Shown: positions 36,901 to 48,191 of the stretch, one piece after another | Layout of the letters: every line of letters starts with the position of its first letter | How positions within the stretch are numbered: position 1 is the first letter of the stretch | Origin: Marsupella aquatica | Lineage: Eukaryota > Plantae > Marchantiophyta | Assembly: GCA_973895155.1 (NCBI GenBank) | Contig: OZ316896.1 | Span: forward strand, 7,024,232 to 7,088,231 | Direction: 5' to 3' | DNA length: 64,000 nucleotides | Position numbers and translations under genes: made by a program | Notes under the pieces: generated by a model | The model's database searches: none | The model's input: the letters and a program-made list of their open reading frames with translations, nothing else | What the model was told of the DNA's origin: nothing

Positions 36901-38563
36901 TGATTTAGAGGAGGCTTAGCATTCAGTACAGTGTCAACAATCAGTCTTGTCTTCACATTCAACATCCGATTGCAAGGGGCTTCGATGAAAGCACAAGACA
37001 GAGCTATAGAAGAAGAGACAGAGGAAGGCAGGTGTGTGTTCGGGGAAAATGTGAAGCTCCAAAGACCACCCTAAACTGAAATTGCAGCGCGCAGTTGGCC
37101 GGTCGTAGGTTGATAAAAGCAAAGCATAGAGCCACTGGGACGTCTGCAATCTTTCCGTCGCAGTTGAGGTCCTATGCCTGATGACATGATCAAGAATGAG
37201 TAGCTACAATGTCCAGTCTCTCTTGACAGTGTGACATAGCAGCAATACATACATTGGATCAAAGCACGAGTCGGAGAAAAACAATGAGAGATAAAAATGG
37301 ACTTTTGCTCACCCATGTGCTGGATGGAAGAATGCAGCTACGAGGGCCGGTCTCCAACTACAGCTCCTTGATGGCAAACCGCAGGCTCTTCCTAGTTCTT
37401 CAACCAAAAACTCACCCGAAACACACTCTTGCAATGTCCTGAGTTAGTCGCAACAACTCCAATGTAGGTTGCAGCTGCCAATCCGTTCCCTCCGCCCTCC
37501 TTGCCAATGCCAACTCCCAATAGCAATGAGGCTTGTTCAGCTGACCTCCTTCGTAGGAGCTCCCAACTCCCAAAGCAAAACCGTCACTACTCACAGCTAA
37601 AAAACGGTCCCTGGACCTTGTCGCTGCCAATGTGCATCGTGCACTCAGTTCTCCTGCCCACCAAGAACTTCAACTATAACTTCAACTCCAATGCCCAAGA
37701 AGATTGATGAGCTCCTTAGTCAAAGACGCAGCTGGAAGGGTATGCATGCACTTACAGTTCACTAAGCTCCAATGCCCGGGACGATTGAGGAGCTGCTCTT
37801 GAGACTGGTTGCAGCTTGAATGGTAAGACCATAGGAATCCCGCGACGTTGTTCGAGCTCACAATACGCTTGGAAGAGAAGGATAGAGCTGCAGTAGACTT
37901 CACCCTAAGTCTTTACGCCTCCCACACAGGTCCCGCATTAGTAAAGCTTGTGCAGTGCCTTCCGCAGCAGTAGCGAAACTCCCGATTGACTCCCTCCTTC
38001 CGCAGCAGTAGTGATCACCTCCCTTGGCGCAGCTGCGAATGTGCTCTACTTGCAGCCCAAGGACTCAAATGTGTCCAGCACGCAGTGATGGAAGCCACAG
38101 CAATGGGAGCACGCATGGACGGGACCCACACCACCACAATGAGCTTGTAGTTTTACGAGGGAAAGTGAAGGAAATGCGCACCCTAGCCAGCCGCAAGGAT
38201 GCACTTCCGCCTTGGTGTCTGCAAACTCTCCCGTCTCCCGATCGAAGGAAGCTCAGACATGTGTGACTAAACGGGGACGTGCGACTAAACGGGGATGTGC
38301 GACTAAACGGGACGCAGGAACGGAAAAGTTTGACCTGATGGTGGCGATCAACTCCATCCAATGGTGCGTGTCCCCCAATTAACCCCCTCCCCCTTGAGAT
38401 CGATATAACCCCCACACCCATGTGATATAACCCCCCTAAACCCCCTTTAGGTGTCTTGGTAAAACCCCCCCTAAACCCCCTTTAGGTGTCTTGCTACAAC
38501 CCCCCCTAAACTTTGGCAGGAAGGGTTACATGCATGTGGATGAGTTAGCTAGGCCTAAACTGT

Positions 38564-39821
38564 ATGTGTGGAGACTACAAGCCACTGAACCTGGTCACAC
38601 CCCAGGACAGGTACCCCATGCCACGGCCAGAGAAGCTATTTGACAGCATTGGAGACTCAGACATCTTCACTCTTGTGGATCTAAGGCAAGGCTTTAACCA
38701 GATTTTGCTGCTTGCAAAGGACCGCAAGAAAATAGCTTTCCATGGCAGTAACCAACTATGGGAGTGGTTGGTGATGCCATTTGGCTTGAAGAATGCGCCC
38801 ATATTCTTTTAAAGAGTCATGGACCAGGTTCTTCAAGGTGCTGAGTTTCTGAAATGCTACATTGATGATGTGTTGGTCCACAGCAAAGGATTTGACCAGC
38901 ATCTACTTGACCTTGAGGAGCTATTCATGAGGCTTAAGAAGGTGAACCTAAAGATACACCCCAAGAAGTGTGAATTTGCTGTCAGATCAGTAGTATACCT
39001 TGGGCACCACATTCTTCCAAATGGAACCATGGCTCACTGGGCCAAGGTGGTATCCATCTTGGAAATGCCCACTCTTACCGATGTTCACACTTTGAGGAGT
39101 TTTATTGGGTTGTGCAATTACTACCGGATCTACATCAAAGATTTCAGCACCATTGCACACCCATTGTATGTTTTGTTGAAAAAGAATGTGACTTGGACAT
39201 GGAGTACATATGCTGAGGCAGCATTTGCCACTTTGAAGGAGAAGCTCTCTGAATACCCGGTGCTGAGAAGACCTGATTTCAGCAAGGTCTTTGTGCTACA
39301 CACAGATTGGAGTGCCCTTGGGATTGGTGCCATTCTGGGCCAGCATGATGAGGAAGGTAAAGAGTACGTCATTGCCTATGCATCCAGGAGCAACAATCAG
39401 GCAGAGAGTCATTATTCTTCGTATGAGGGTGAATGCCTTGTTGTTGTGTGGGCTGTCATACATTACAGGCCCTACCTCTATGGGACTAGGTTTGTCCTCT
39501 ACACCGACCACCAGCCCTTGAAGTGGTTGATGACCAACAACAAGCTTACTGACAAGCTTGCTCGTTGGGCGCTCATACTCCAGGAGTATGATTTTGAGGT
39601 AATTCATAGGCCTGGTGTGACACATCAAAATGCTGACACTATGTCCCGCAGCCCTTTGATTGCCTTTGATGATTCCTCAGATGCACGGCAGGATTTTGAC
39701 CAGGTTTCCATCCTGCCTACATTTCATGCATCTACCTATCTTGCTTTGCTGCCATGTTATGTTGTTGACCAACCTGGGGTGGACATATGGGAGGACAGCG
39801 ACACTCTGAGATTTTTGCAGC
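38564..39821 (+). pseudogene. Reverse transcriptase (N-terminus missing) + RNase H
   Basis: MCGDYKPLN, DLRQGFNQI, MPFGLKNAP, YIDD. RNase H motifs HTDWS, YEGEC, TDHQPL, NADTMSR. Stop at 38810. Confidence 0.92.
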
Positions 39822-41216
39822 ATGGGAGTACCCATACAGGTTACTGCAACCCAGAGAGACCAAATTCAGCAAAGGTCCAAGCGCTACTTGTGGAAGGGAG
39901 ATCATCTCGTGCACTGCTTGCCAGACAAGGAAGTGGTGGTTCCACCCATTCATGAGAGGGTTGGCCTTATCCGTAAGGTACATTATGAGCTTGGTCATTT
40001 TGGCATCAAGAGGACTTATAGCCTCTTGGTTCCCCATTATCATTGGAGAGGCATGCATGGCCAGGTTCGAGATGTTATTGCCCGGTGTGAGCAGTGTGAT
40101 AGGGTAAGGACTTCTTTCACATCTTGGCAACCCACACTTCATCCACTCCCTATTCAGGGCATGTTTTATTGCTGGTCATGTGATTTGGCTGGAGAATTAC
40201 CCCTCACTTCTCAGGGTAATCTCTACATCATGATCATGATAGAGCATTTCTCCAAGTGGATAGAACTTGTGGCATTGCCGGATAAGACCTCTCGTAGCAC
40301 CAGCCAGGCATTCCTGCAACAAGTTCTCAGTCGCTTTGGAGCTTGTGCAGAATGTCTCACAGACCAGGGCTCAGAGTTTAGAGGAGAGTTCCAAGAGCTA
40401 CTTGATCAGGCCCTCATTGATCATCGACGGACATCACGAGATCACCCACAGGCAGAGCGCATGGTTCAGACATGCAAGAAGGGCCTCCAAAAGATTTGCC
40501 TCACCAAAAACAAGGAGGATTGGGACCTGGCCTTACCTTACATTGCTATGGGGTATAGGATGTCCAGACATGCATCACTGTCTAACTTTTCTCCCTACTT
40601 CTTGTTGTTTGGTCGTCACCCAGTTCCACCTTTTGCTATTGCTGCTCACATGCTTCAGGTGGTGGACTTGGATTCAGCTGTGACTTGGTCTGATGTGATC
40701 TCTAAGAGGGCTGCCCTATTCAAGAGGGTTATGCCCATGGCCATGGAGAATTTGGCCATTGCACAGCATAGGGACACATTGCGTTATGCACACACATGAG
40801 GGGGCAGTTTTCAGCCCAAGGTCAGGAAGTTTGATGTGGGAGATTTTGTGTACTTGCAGCGGCAAGCTAACGACACCCTAGACACCTCTATCAGTCGTAC
40901 TATTCTCAGGGTTAAAGCTATTCGATCGTTTGGAGTGCTAGAGTTACAAGGGGCAGATGGGCGCACAATTGCTGACAATGCCAAGAATTGTGCCCCTTGT
41001 CATCTGCCTAACCTGGATCCCACCATTGTGACTTCTACCTGGATTCCACCTGTGGACTACCCTTGCAAAGTGTATTTGCGAATTGACGATGTTGACCAGA
41101 TGCTGCTGTGTGATAATTGCAATGGAGGGTACCATCTTTTCTGCCTTCGGCCTGAACTTACCCACGTGCCAGAAGGGTTATGGTTTTGCCCTTCCTGTGC
41201 TCCACATGCTACCTGA
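39822..41216 (+). pseudogene. DDE integrase with C-terminal PHD finger
   Basis: HHCC (HYELGH..CEQC), SCDLAG, TDQGSEF, AERMV. Stop at 40797. PHD MLLCDNCNGGYHLFCLRPEL..PEGLWFCPSC. Confidence 0.92.
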
Positions 41217-41256
41217 CTTTTCTTCAGCCCTCCTTTTGGCTGTGGTTTGGGGGGGA

Positions 41257-41432
41257 TACAGAGGTTTACACCTCCACTACGTACATACCACCTCAGTTGC
41301 TTTTTCTTGGCACTTGTGAATGTGATTGGACTTTTTCTAAGGATGTTGGTTGCTAGCAGCTTGCACATATGCATTGCCGGTGACTTGTATGTTTTTGATA
41401 CACTATGGCTACGATACTATAATGTCACGATA
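41257..41432 (+). repeat. Repeat B1, preceded by a polypurine tract GGGGGGGA (41249-41256)
   Basis: Matches 45414-45585 and ends CACGATA, followed by GC and then A2. Confidence 0.9.
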
Positions 41433-41434
41433 GC

Positions 41435-44400
41435 TGTCATGCCAAGGGACAGTGCCTCTTGTGCACATCGACATGTCCCTCGCATGCCAGCTAGGTATGT
41501 AGTTAGGGCTAGTGTACTACTTGAGTTAGTGTCATGTTCTTGTAGCGAGTCTGGGCCGTTCTTGAAGCAAAGGTGTTTGTTAGTGTGATGCCTGGACCCG
41601 GTCCTACTTAGGGCATGTTTTTCTTTGCCATTTTTCAGTTATTCTTGTTATGAGGTAACTAGTCCTAGACCAGACTAAGAGGTTACCTTTATCATGGTTA
41701 CCTCAAGACACTATATATACACCCGGTTGATCCCCAACCGAGTGATTCATTCATTCATTCAATCTCTCTCCCTCTCCAACTATGTATGAATCCTATATCA
41801 CAACACATTATCAGCACGACTCTCGGAGGCTGAGCACTTGAATTTTTTAGGGATTCGACAAGTGACAAAAATTAGACACTTGAGGGAATCCCAAGACAAA
41901 ATCCCTTCAAGGAAACCTTCATTTGAGAGTCCATGTCAACCTGGCGTTGGAAATTGATGGAGTATCCTCTATGAGAAACTGACTCCCAAGAAATTAGAAG
42001 AAACAAAATCAGAAGGAGAGGCTGATCAGACAAAGAGTCGAACCCATGGATTGACCCTTATGGGATCATTAATAAAAGCTTTAGAGGGATTGATTCTGAA
42101 ATGCAAGATTGAAAGTACACAACATGATTTATTGAAGGAGGAGAAGAAACACTGCAGCGCAAAGTCCATAGAGAAACCAGGATAAAGCTTGGGCTGGAGT
42201 CAATCAATCCAATCAAAGAGACCTGATTGAATAGAGGCAGAGCACAATCAACAAAATTTCAATCAAGGTGAGATCTGAAAAGGCACCACACCCTATAGAG
42301 AACGAATGTTGCATTAGGGCTCAACAACCGGAGGGTGAAAAGGACTGAAGGAAATTTGAGGGATGGAAACCTCATGAGAAGACAACACAGTGATCACGGA
42401 TGCAGCCGCAAAGCCATGCAAAAGGGGGAGAATCGATGCACAAGCCCAAAACGGCAAAATTTGGACCAGGCTTTTCGAGAAACCATCGACAAAACTTGAT
42501 AAGTGCAAAACCCCCATACTTGCAACTCATTATAAAGAGTATTTTTACTTACAAAAGAATCAGATCACTTAAAGCATCTTTTCAAAGCTTTTAAATCACT
42601 TTAAGATACATGTGTAATCCTTAACATAAACCTAAATCACAAGCTTACACTCTCATTTTATAAATGTGAATAATGTGCCTTTACACATTACCTACCAATA
42701 CACATGTTGAGTTTACAAGCATTTATACACATTGGATACATATAACATGGTTGTTACACCATTAATATCACTTTCCACCATAGGGGGAGGAAAGCACATT
42801 GTACCCACAACTATCTCCCACCTCCTAATGTCATTTAATTTGGTTCATTCACCTTCTAGTACCATTTGAACTTATACACTTTCTGGTATCATTTGATCTC
42901 ATAAGATCCAAACGGACTCAGATAAGGGACTTTCCATGACTAACAAAGGTAAAGGTAGAGATGATTTGATAATGGGCAAAGTCCCTAATCTCATCTATAC
43001 ATGAGTTAATGAGGAGTTAATATGGGCAAAGCCCATAATCTAACCCCTACATTCTCTTGATCAGTGGGCATTCCTATCGGATCTTACCTATAGATGAGTT
43101 CCAAATTTCAGAGATATTCCTAACACTCACAATTTCAAGAGAAAATAACATGCATTTTATGCAGATCAATGGGAAGAAACTTCATTGTCTCTAACTTATC
43201 TACTCAAAAACTTAAACCAAACTCGTGATACACTACAATGGAAAGTACCTCTATACTTGGCCATACACATAGTGATTAAGACCCAAAACCAGAATCTTAT
43301 ACTTTGATTAAAGTTTTATACACTTTTAGCATGCATGCCTTTACAACTTGTACAGAAGTAAGACCACAAACCTCATCCCTTCGGACCTAGGATCATGTTC
43401 ACCAGACAAAATGAAAACACTTACTCTAAGACACTGGACTAGGATAAGGGAATTAGAAAACTAACAATGTTAAAGGTATGGTACAGATGTTTGGATTATG
43501 GGCAAAGCCCCTAACCTCATCTAGTCAAGACTCAATGCGGGGTTAATATGGGCAAAGCCCGTAATCTACCTTGATACACTCTTCATTTTAGGGAACGGAA
43601 TAACATCGCGGACCAATGACACATTCACCTTTGTGTATTACTATTAAACAAATCTCTTAGATTGAAACTAAAATTAAGACAATTTTCATCCCCACACCCA
43701 ACATAGAATTAACGGGAAAACAATATGAATTAGATGCAGACCAAGGGAAAGAAACTCAATTCTCTCAAAACTTATCTATTGAAGAACTTGAGTCCACCTA
43801 CACCACAATTGTACGTACAACTAGTACTTGGAAACTAAACAGAGACTATCCTCATATATCTCTATACGAGGTGCCAAATAGTTTAGGGGGAGCATCTTAT
43901 CTCCACAAGTTACTCTAACTTCAAATCTCCCTACATGGCTATCCCATGTCTCAATAATATTTTGAATCTACTTACATGGCCTGCTACCCCATGTCTTGAC
44001 ACACTTGTCAAACTACCCCGTGATATTTGCAGACGTGCAGGCAGACGTGCCACTCACGGGAGACCTAACTTAACCGACACCCTCTGGTGTGATTCTGGTT
44101 CATACACCCTCTGGTGTAGCTTGAGACCTAACACCTCTAGTGTCAACAACCCTGTGTCCACTAGCACCTCTGTGCCTCCTGACACCTTCGTGTCCATCAG
44201 CACCACTATACTCTCAAATGAGCTTATTGCCATAGACTCTCCCATGATAACATTGCCCCATCCTACCCACATATGGGTCTTTTATCTTGACTTTGGGCAT
44301 TTCTAAATATGGTACTTACACCATACCAAACTAGGACTTTTCTATCATTTTTATAATAATACATGATTAGCATCCGTTGATGCAACATGTCTACTCCACA

Positions 44401-45413
44401 CTTTGGAAAACTCCCATTTAGCAATTGGGCTAATTAGCACCTTCGGTATCAATCCAGTGATCTGAAACATATAGGATAATGCCACTGCATCCCCACACAA
44501 CCCACATTAATTATCTTAATACCCCCTGGTATTAGATAGCATGCATAAGCCATACTAAAACATGACATGGTTCCTCCAGCTACTAACCAAACTACTAATT
44601 ATTTGGAACTTAGATTGTTTATTTGATGCAAGGCCATACAAGTGACCCAAATTTCAAATGCGGAGAACTAGACAAAGTTTTTCATGAAGGCATTGACCCC
44701 TCCTGTCCACAGACACCACTGCCATGCAATTGAACTCCGAAGCTTACACCGCCTGATTACTACTGATTGACACACACCACCACTGTGGTTCAACTCTCAC
44801 ATCTCACCAAGAGAACCAACCGGCTGTACTCTTTTTCCTTTAGGGTCATATATTTTATTTTTTCTCTACTACCCTGGTAGAGTTGTTTTTACCCCAATCT
44901 AGCACCGCTAAAGGTTTTAATGAGGCAGTCCACCTCTTTGGTCAATCAAACATACATGTCTATAAGCATGCAAACACTTTTTACTATCACTGAAACTCAT
45001 CCCGTGCAAGTCTATAAGCATGGTGATAGATTTTTCTTACCTAGTTCTAGGACTAGTCTAGATTGTCTCCATAACTCCCATTATGTAGCCAAGGGGGAGT
45101 GTTATGAGGTAACTAGTCCTAGACCAGACTAGGAGGTTACCTTTATCATGGTTACCTCAAGACACTATATATACACCCGGTTGATCCCCAACCGAGTGAT
45201 TCATTCATTCATTCAATCTCTCTCCCTCTCCAACTATGTATGAATCCTATATCACAACAATTCTTGAATTGTTGTTGGCAGAGCTCAGACAGTGCTCGTC
45301 GGTTCCGTACACGAGATTCACACAATGATTCGTTAGATGCTCCCGACCGATCTTGGCATCCCGCCGGTTTTCAATTCGATTTCAGTACGCTTGTTTCTCT
45401 TACGCCTTTTATT
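41435..45413 (+). repeat. Repeat A2 (interrupted by copia insertion at 41646-45259)
   Basis: 41435-41645 and 45265-45413 reconstruct A1. Confidence 0.9.
41646..45259 (+). mobile_element. Non-autonomous Ty1/copia LTR element (Bianca-like), 160-bp LTRs, TSD ATTCT
   Basis: LTRs at 41646-41805 and 45100-45259 (TG...CA, one mismatch seen). PBS-like TATCAGCACGA at ~41809, PPT AAGGGGGAG at 45091-45099, degenerate RNase H tail ~44650-44745. ATTCT at 41641-41645 and 45260-45264. Confidence 0.88.
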
Positions 45414-45585
45414 TATAGAGGTTTACACCTCCACTATGTACATACCACCTCAGTTGCTTTTTCTTGGCACTTGTGAATGTGATACTTTTTCTAAGGATGT
45501 TGGTTGCTAGCAGCTTGCACATATGCATTGCCGGTGACTTGCATGTTTTCGATACACTATGGCTACAATACTATATGTCACGACA
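45414..45585 (+). repeat. Terminal repeat B2
   Basis: Copy of B1 ending CACGACA, directly followed by TSD AGAC. Confidence 0.9.
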
Positions 45586-46570
45586 AGACCTCACATCTTC
45601 AAAATGACCGTGAAGGGTTATGGTTCTGGTGTAGATCTTTTGCGGTAGATGCAACCGGGTGAAAGAGTCAAAGGAGCCTGGGTGAGTTTTGATGTCATGC
45701 ATCGTGTGACAACCAATTGGTTTACTTTTAGCGTGCACATCTATGACCATAACTTCCGTGCTCTTTGTACAATTTTCACATGCGAGCTGAACGATGAAGA
45801 CGCCAAGTCCTTCAAAAAGGCTTGGAGAGTTATGATAGAGGTTTGCAAGGAAAATGGATTACAGGATGTTGTCATCCAAGGGTTTATGGCGGACAATGCA
45901 CAAGCAAGATGGAATGTTGTCTGCAATGTTTTTTTGGGTGGACACCCAACCCCAGAGCGAGAGCGCTATGATGCATTTCACTTTAATTTATCAATCTTTT
46001 CATTGACATTCCAAGGAAGGAGTATTGGAAGAATGTCAATCGGAACATCGAAGATTGTGGGAGAAGGTAAGAAACACTCCGACATTTGTGGTAGTGTATC
46101 AGGTATCTCGAGAGATTGTGTTGTGGTGGCAATCAAGAAACTATGTACCAGGAAAGCTCATGATGCTACAAAGTTGGATATCCTGGTGGGTGGTTCACTG
46201 GAGCCAGTGGGGGAATTTTATGCAAGTGGTATGATATATATCTCCTCTCTTGTGTGTCATTGTACATCAACTTTAGACTAGCGTAAGGTGCTAGTTTGAT
46301 TTGCAAGTAATTCACATGTTGAAAAGATGAATGCAATACATTACAGCCAATATGTCCACAAATTGCAAGAATTAGAGTTTGAAATAGTATTTGACGTTTG
46401 TATTACATGATCATTGTTGCCAGCGCCGGGCGCTCGTAATAGAATGATACTTATTGTTGAACTTGTACTATGGCAGAGAGAAAGCGCACAAGAAGGTGCC
46501 TTGATTCCCAACAAGTATAGGATCAGAATCAAGGCATGCCTCCATGAAAGCATGGGCTACAAAGAAACTA
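45586..46570 (+). pseudogene. Second GCM-MULE transposase copy, 3' part (DDE core)
   Basis: PHIFKMTVKGYGSGVDLL, WVSFDVMHRV, GFMADNAQA, YDAFHF, SWWVVHWSQWGNF. Intron at 46229 is in the same position as in copy 1. PTSIGSESRHASMK follows. Confidence 0.85.
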
Positions 46571-47649
46571 TAGATGAAGTCTTGGGTTAACAATCCTGAA
46601 GGAGGGGAGGGAGCTAGTGTGCAGGATGAACAATTAATGGTGAAGCTCATGGAAACTCCCTTGTGGAAGGCCCACAACGTGCTGAAGGTCAGGGATAGTG
46701 TTTCAAATGGCTTCATTCATCCAATGAACTTTGTTGTAGCAACTCCTTGTGAACCATCTCCACTGCCTTCAAAGAGACAGAAGGATCAAAGCATTGGACC
46801 AGAGAATTGTACAAGGCCTTCTCGGCCTAAATCTCCACCAACCATGAAAGACAAGCCTCCTACAAAATCACAGATTGAACTTGAAGCGAGCTGGAGATGA
46901 CATATCCAGCATGTTGACTGAGTTTACCCGCATCAGCAAGCGTTCCCAAGATGATTTTGGGGATAAAAAGATGCTCACAGAAGCTAAGGCTGCCATGATG
47001 AATTCCAAGAAACAAGAATATGACAAACAAGGGTAAAGAGGCTGAGACCAGACGAGTAGGGCAAGCAAGGCAAAATGTCTTGGCATAAGTTGCAATTTAG
47101 GAGAAGATGAAAAGCATTGGTATTCTCAATAAAGATGAATTCAGTGAGAAATACAAAGCAGTTTTTGGAGTGTAGCTTGTAGTACCTGGTTAGGGCAATT
47201 TTGAGGCTTGGTTTTGAGGTATAGCTAAGTAGCAGTACTGTTGAGATGACAGTTAAATTAAGATACTTAGTTGGTTTTATGATGGATATATTGTTCACTA
47301 CAAACACTTTTGTATCCAACATAATTACTGAAATAGTGATGCACCATGGTGCGCAAAGGTTGATGCTTCGACCACAGTCACTGTGATTGATTGAATTTCA
47401 TTCTGCTGTGACCAGGTTCATAATCACTGCAATTGATTGAATTTATGCTTTCACATGGAAACTGTGATTGATTAAATCTGGATTTGTGTTGTAGCTGTAG
47501 ACTCAAACGGATGTACAAATGAAACCACAAATAATCATGATGCAGGAGGATCAGTTTGCCAAAACAATTTGATTTATTTATATGTAAAAAGAGCCAATCA
47601 CACTTTACATATGCTCTATTTGTTGAGTTTCAAAACTACAGCATATGTT

Positions 47650-48191
47650 ATCATAGGTCTGCAATGGCATGATAACAGACTGCAGACCGAGCCCAATTCC
47701 ATAGCATGGAGTCAAAATGAATAATGTTATCATGCTTCATATAAAGAATGAAATTTATAATCCTCTGTTCAGGACTGAGCTTACATGGTCAGGCAGAGAC
47801 TTTAGCACATATTCCTGTAGATCGTGCATTACAAGTGATGGTTGGGGCAACTTTAGCACAAAGCTCAAGAAATTCATCTATAGTAAAATTGGTCAGCTCT
47901 CTAAAACTATTTGGACTCACCCTCAACTTGCTGAGCACATCATGCATTGGAACGTATTGCAGGATTAACATAAACCTGGGTCTCCCTAGAAAGCTCGATT
48001 GGCTGGAAGGAATGGAGCATTTGGAGGTATGAAGCCATGGACATCACGAGCAACATCATCAATTGCTGAATAGTCGCCTCCATCTCTTCCTCGTCACTGG
48101 AGCTTTCAGAGGTGCTATTGCTCCCGTCATCACTGCTATCAGTCTCTGATGATGAAAGTATCTCAAACGGAAACACATGGTCCATGTTCAA
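47650..48191 (-). pseudogene. PIF/Harbinger (ISL2EU-like) transposase N-terminal fragment
   Basis: Acidic N-terminus, then FRELTNFTIDEFLELCAKVAPTI..ARSTG..LSPEQRIINFILYMKHDN..WNW, an HTH region typical of DDE_Tnp_4 transposases. Frameshifted, no catalytic core seen. Confidence 0.5.

Larger units (their letters stand above)
22273..38560 (-). mobile_element. CACTA (En/Spm) DNA transposon nested in pol; right terminus deleted
   Basis: CACTAGTAGAAA terminus at 22273, dense (A/G)TGACT subterminal repeats at 22295-22910, Tnp2 and TnpA-like genes. No matching TAGTG end before RT resumes at 38564. Confidence 0.85.
15686..45585 (+). mobile_element. Ty3/gypsy-like retrotransposon with C5-DNA methyltransferase and PHD, split direct repeats A1...B1-A2-B2, TSD AGAC
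   Basis: Termini TGTCATG...CACGACA. AGAC at 15682-15685 and 45586-45589. Removing the element restores the transposase frame DNR|PHIFKM. Domain order gag-PR-DNMT-RT-RH-INT-PHD. Confidence 0.9.

Noticed and set aside
38425-38510. Telomere-like CCCTAAA repeats
   Set aside because: Only three isolated copies within a 27-bp tandem unit, not a telomeric array.
15686-45585. DIRS/Ngaro tyrosine-recombinase element
   Set aside because: No YR motifs seen; protease, HHCC-DDE integrase, TG..CA ends and a TSD are present.
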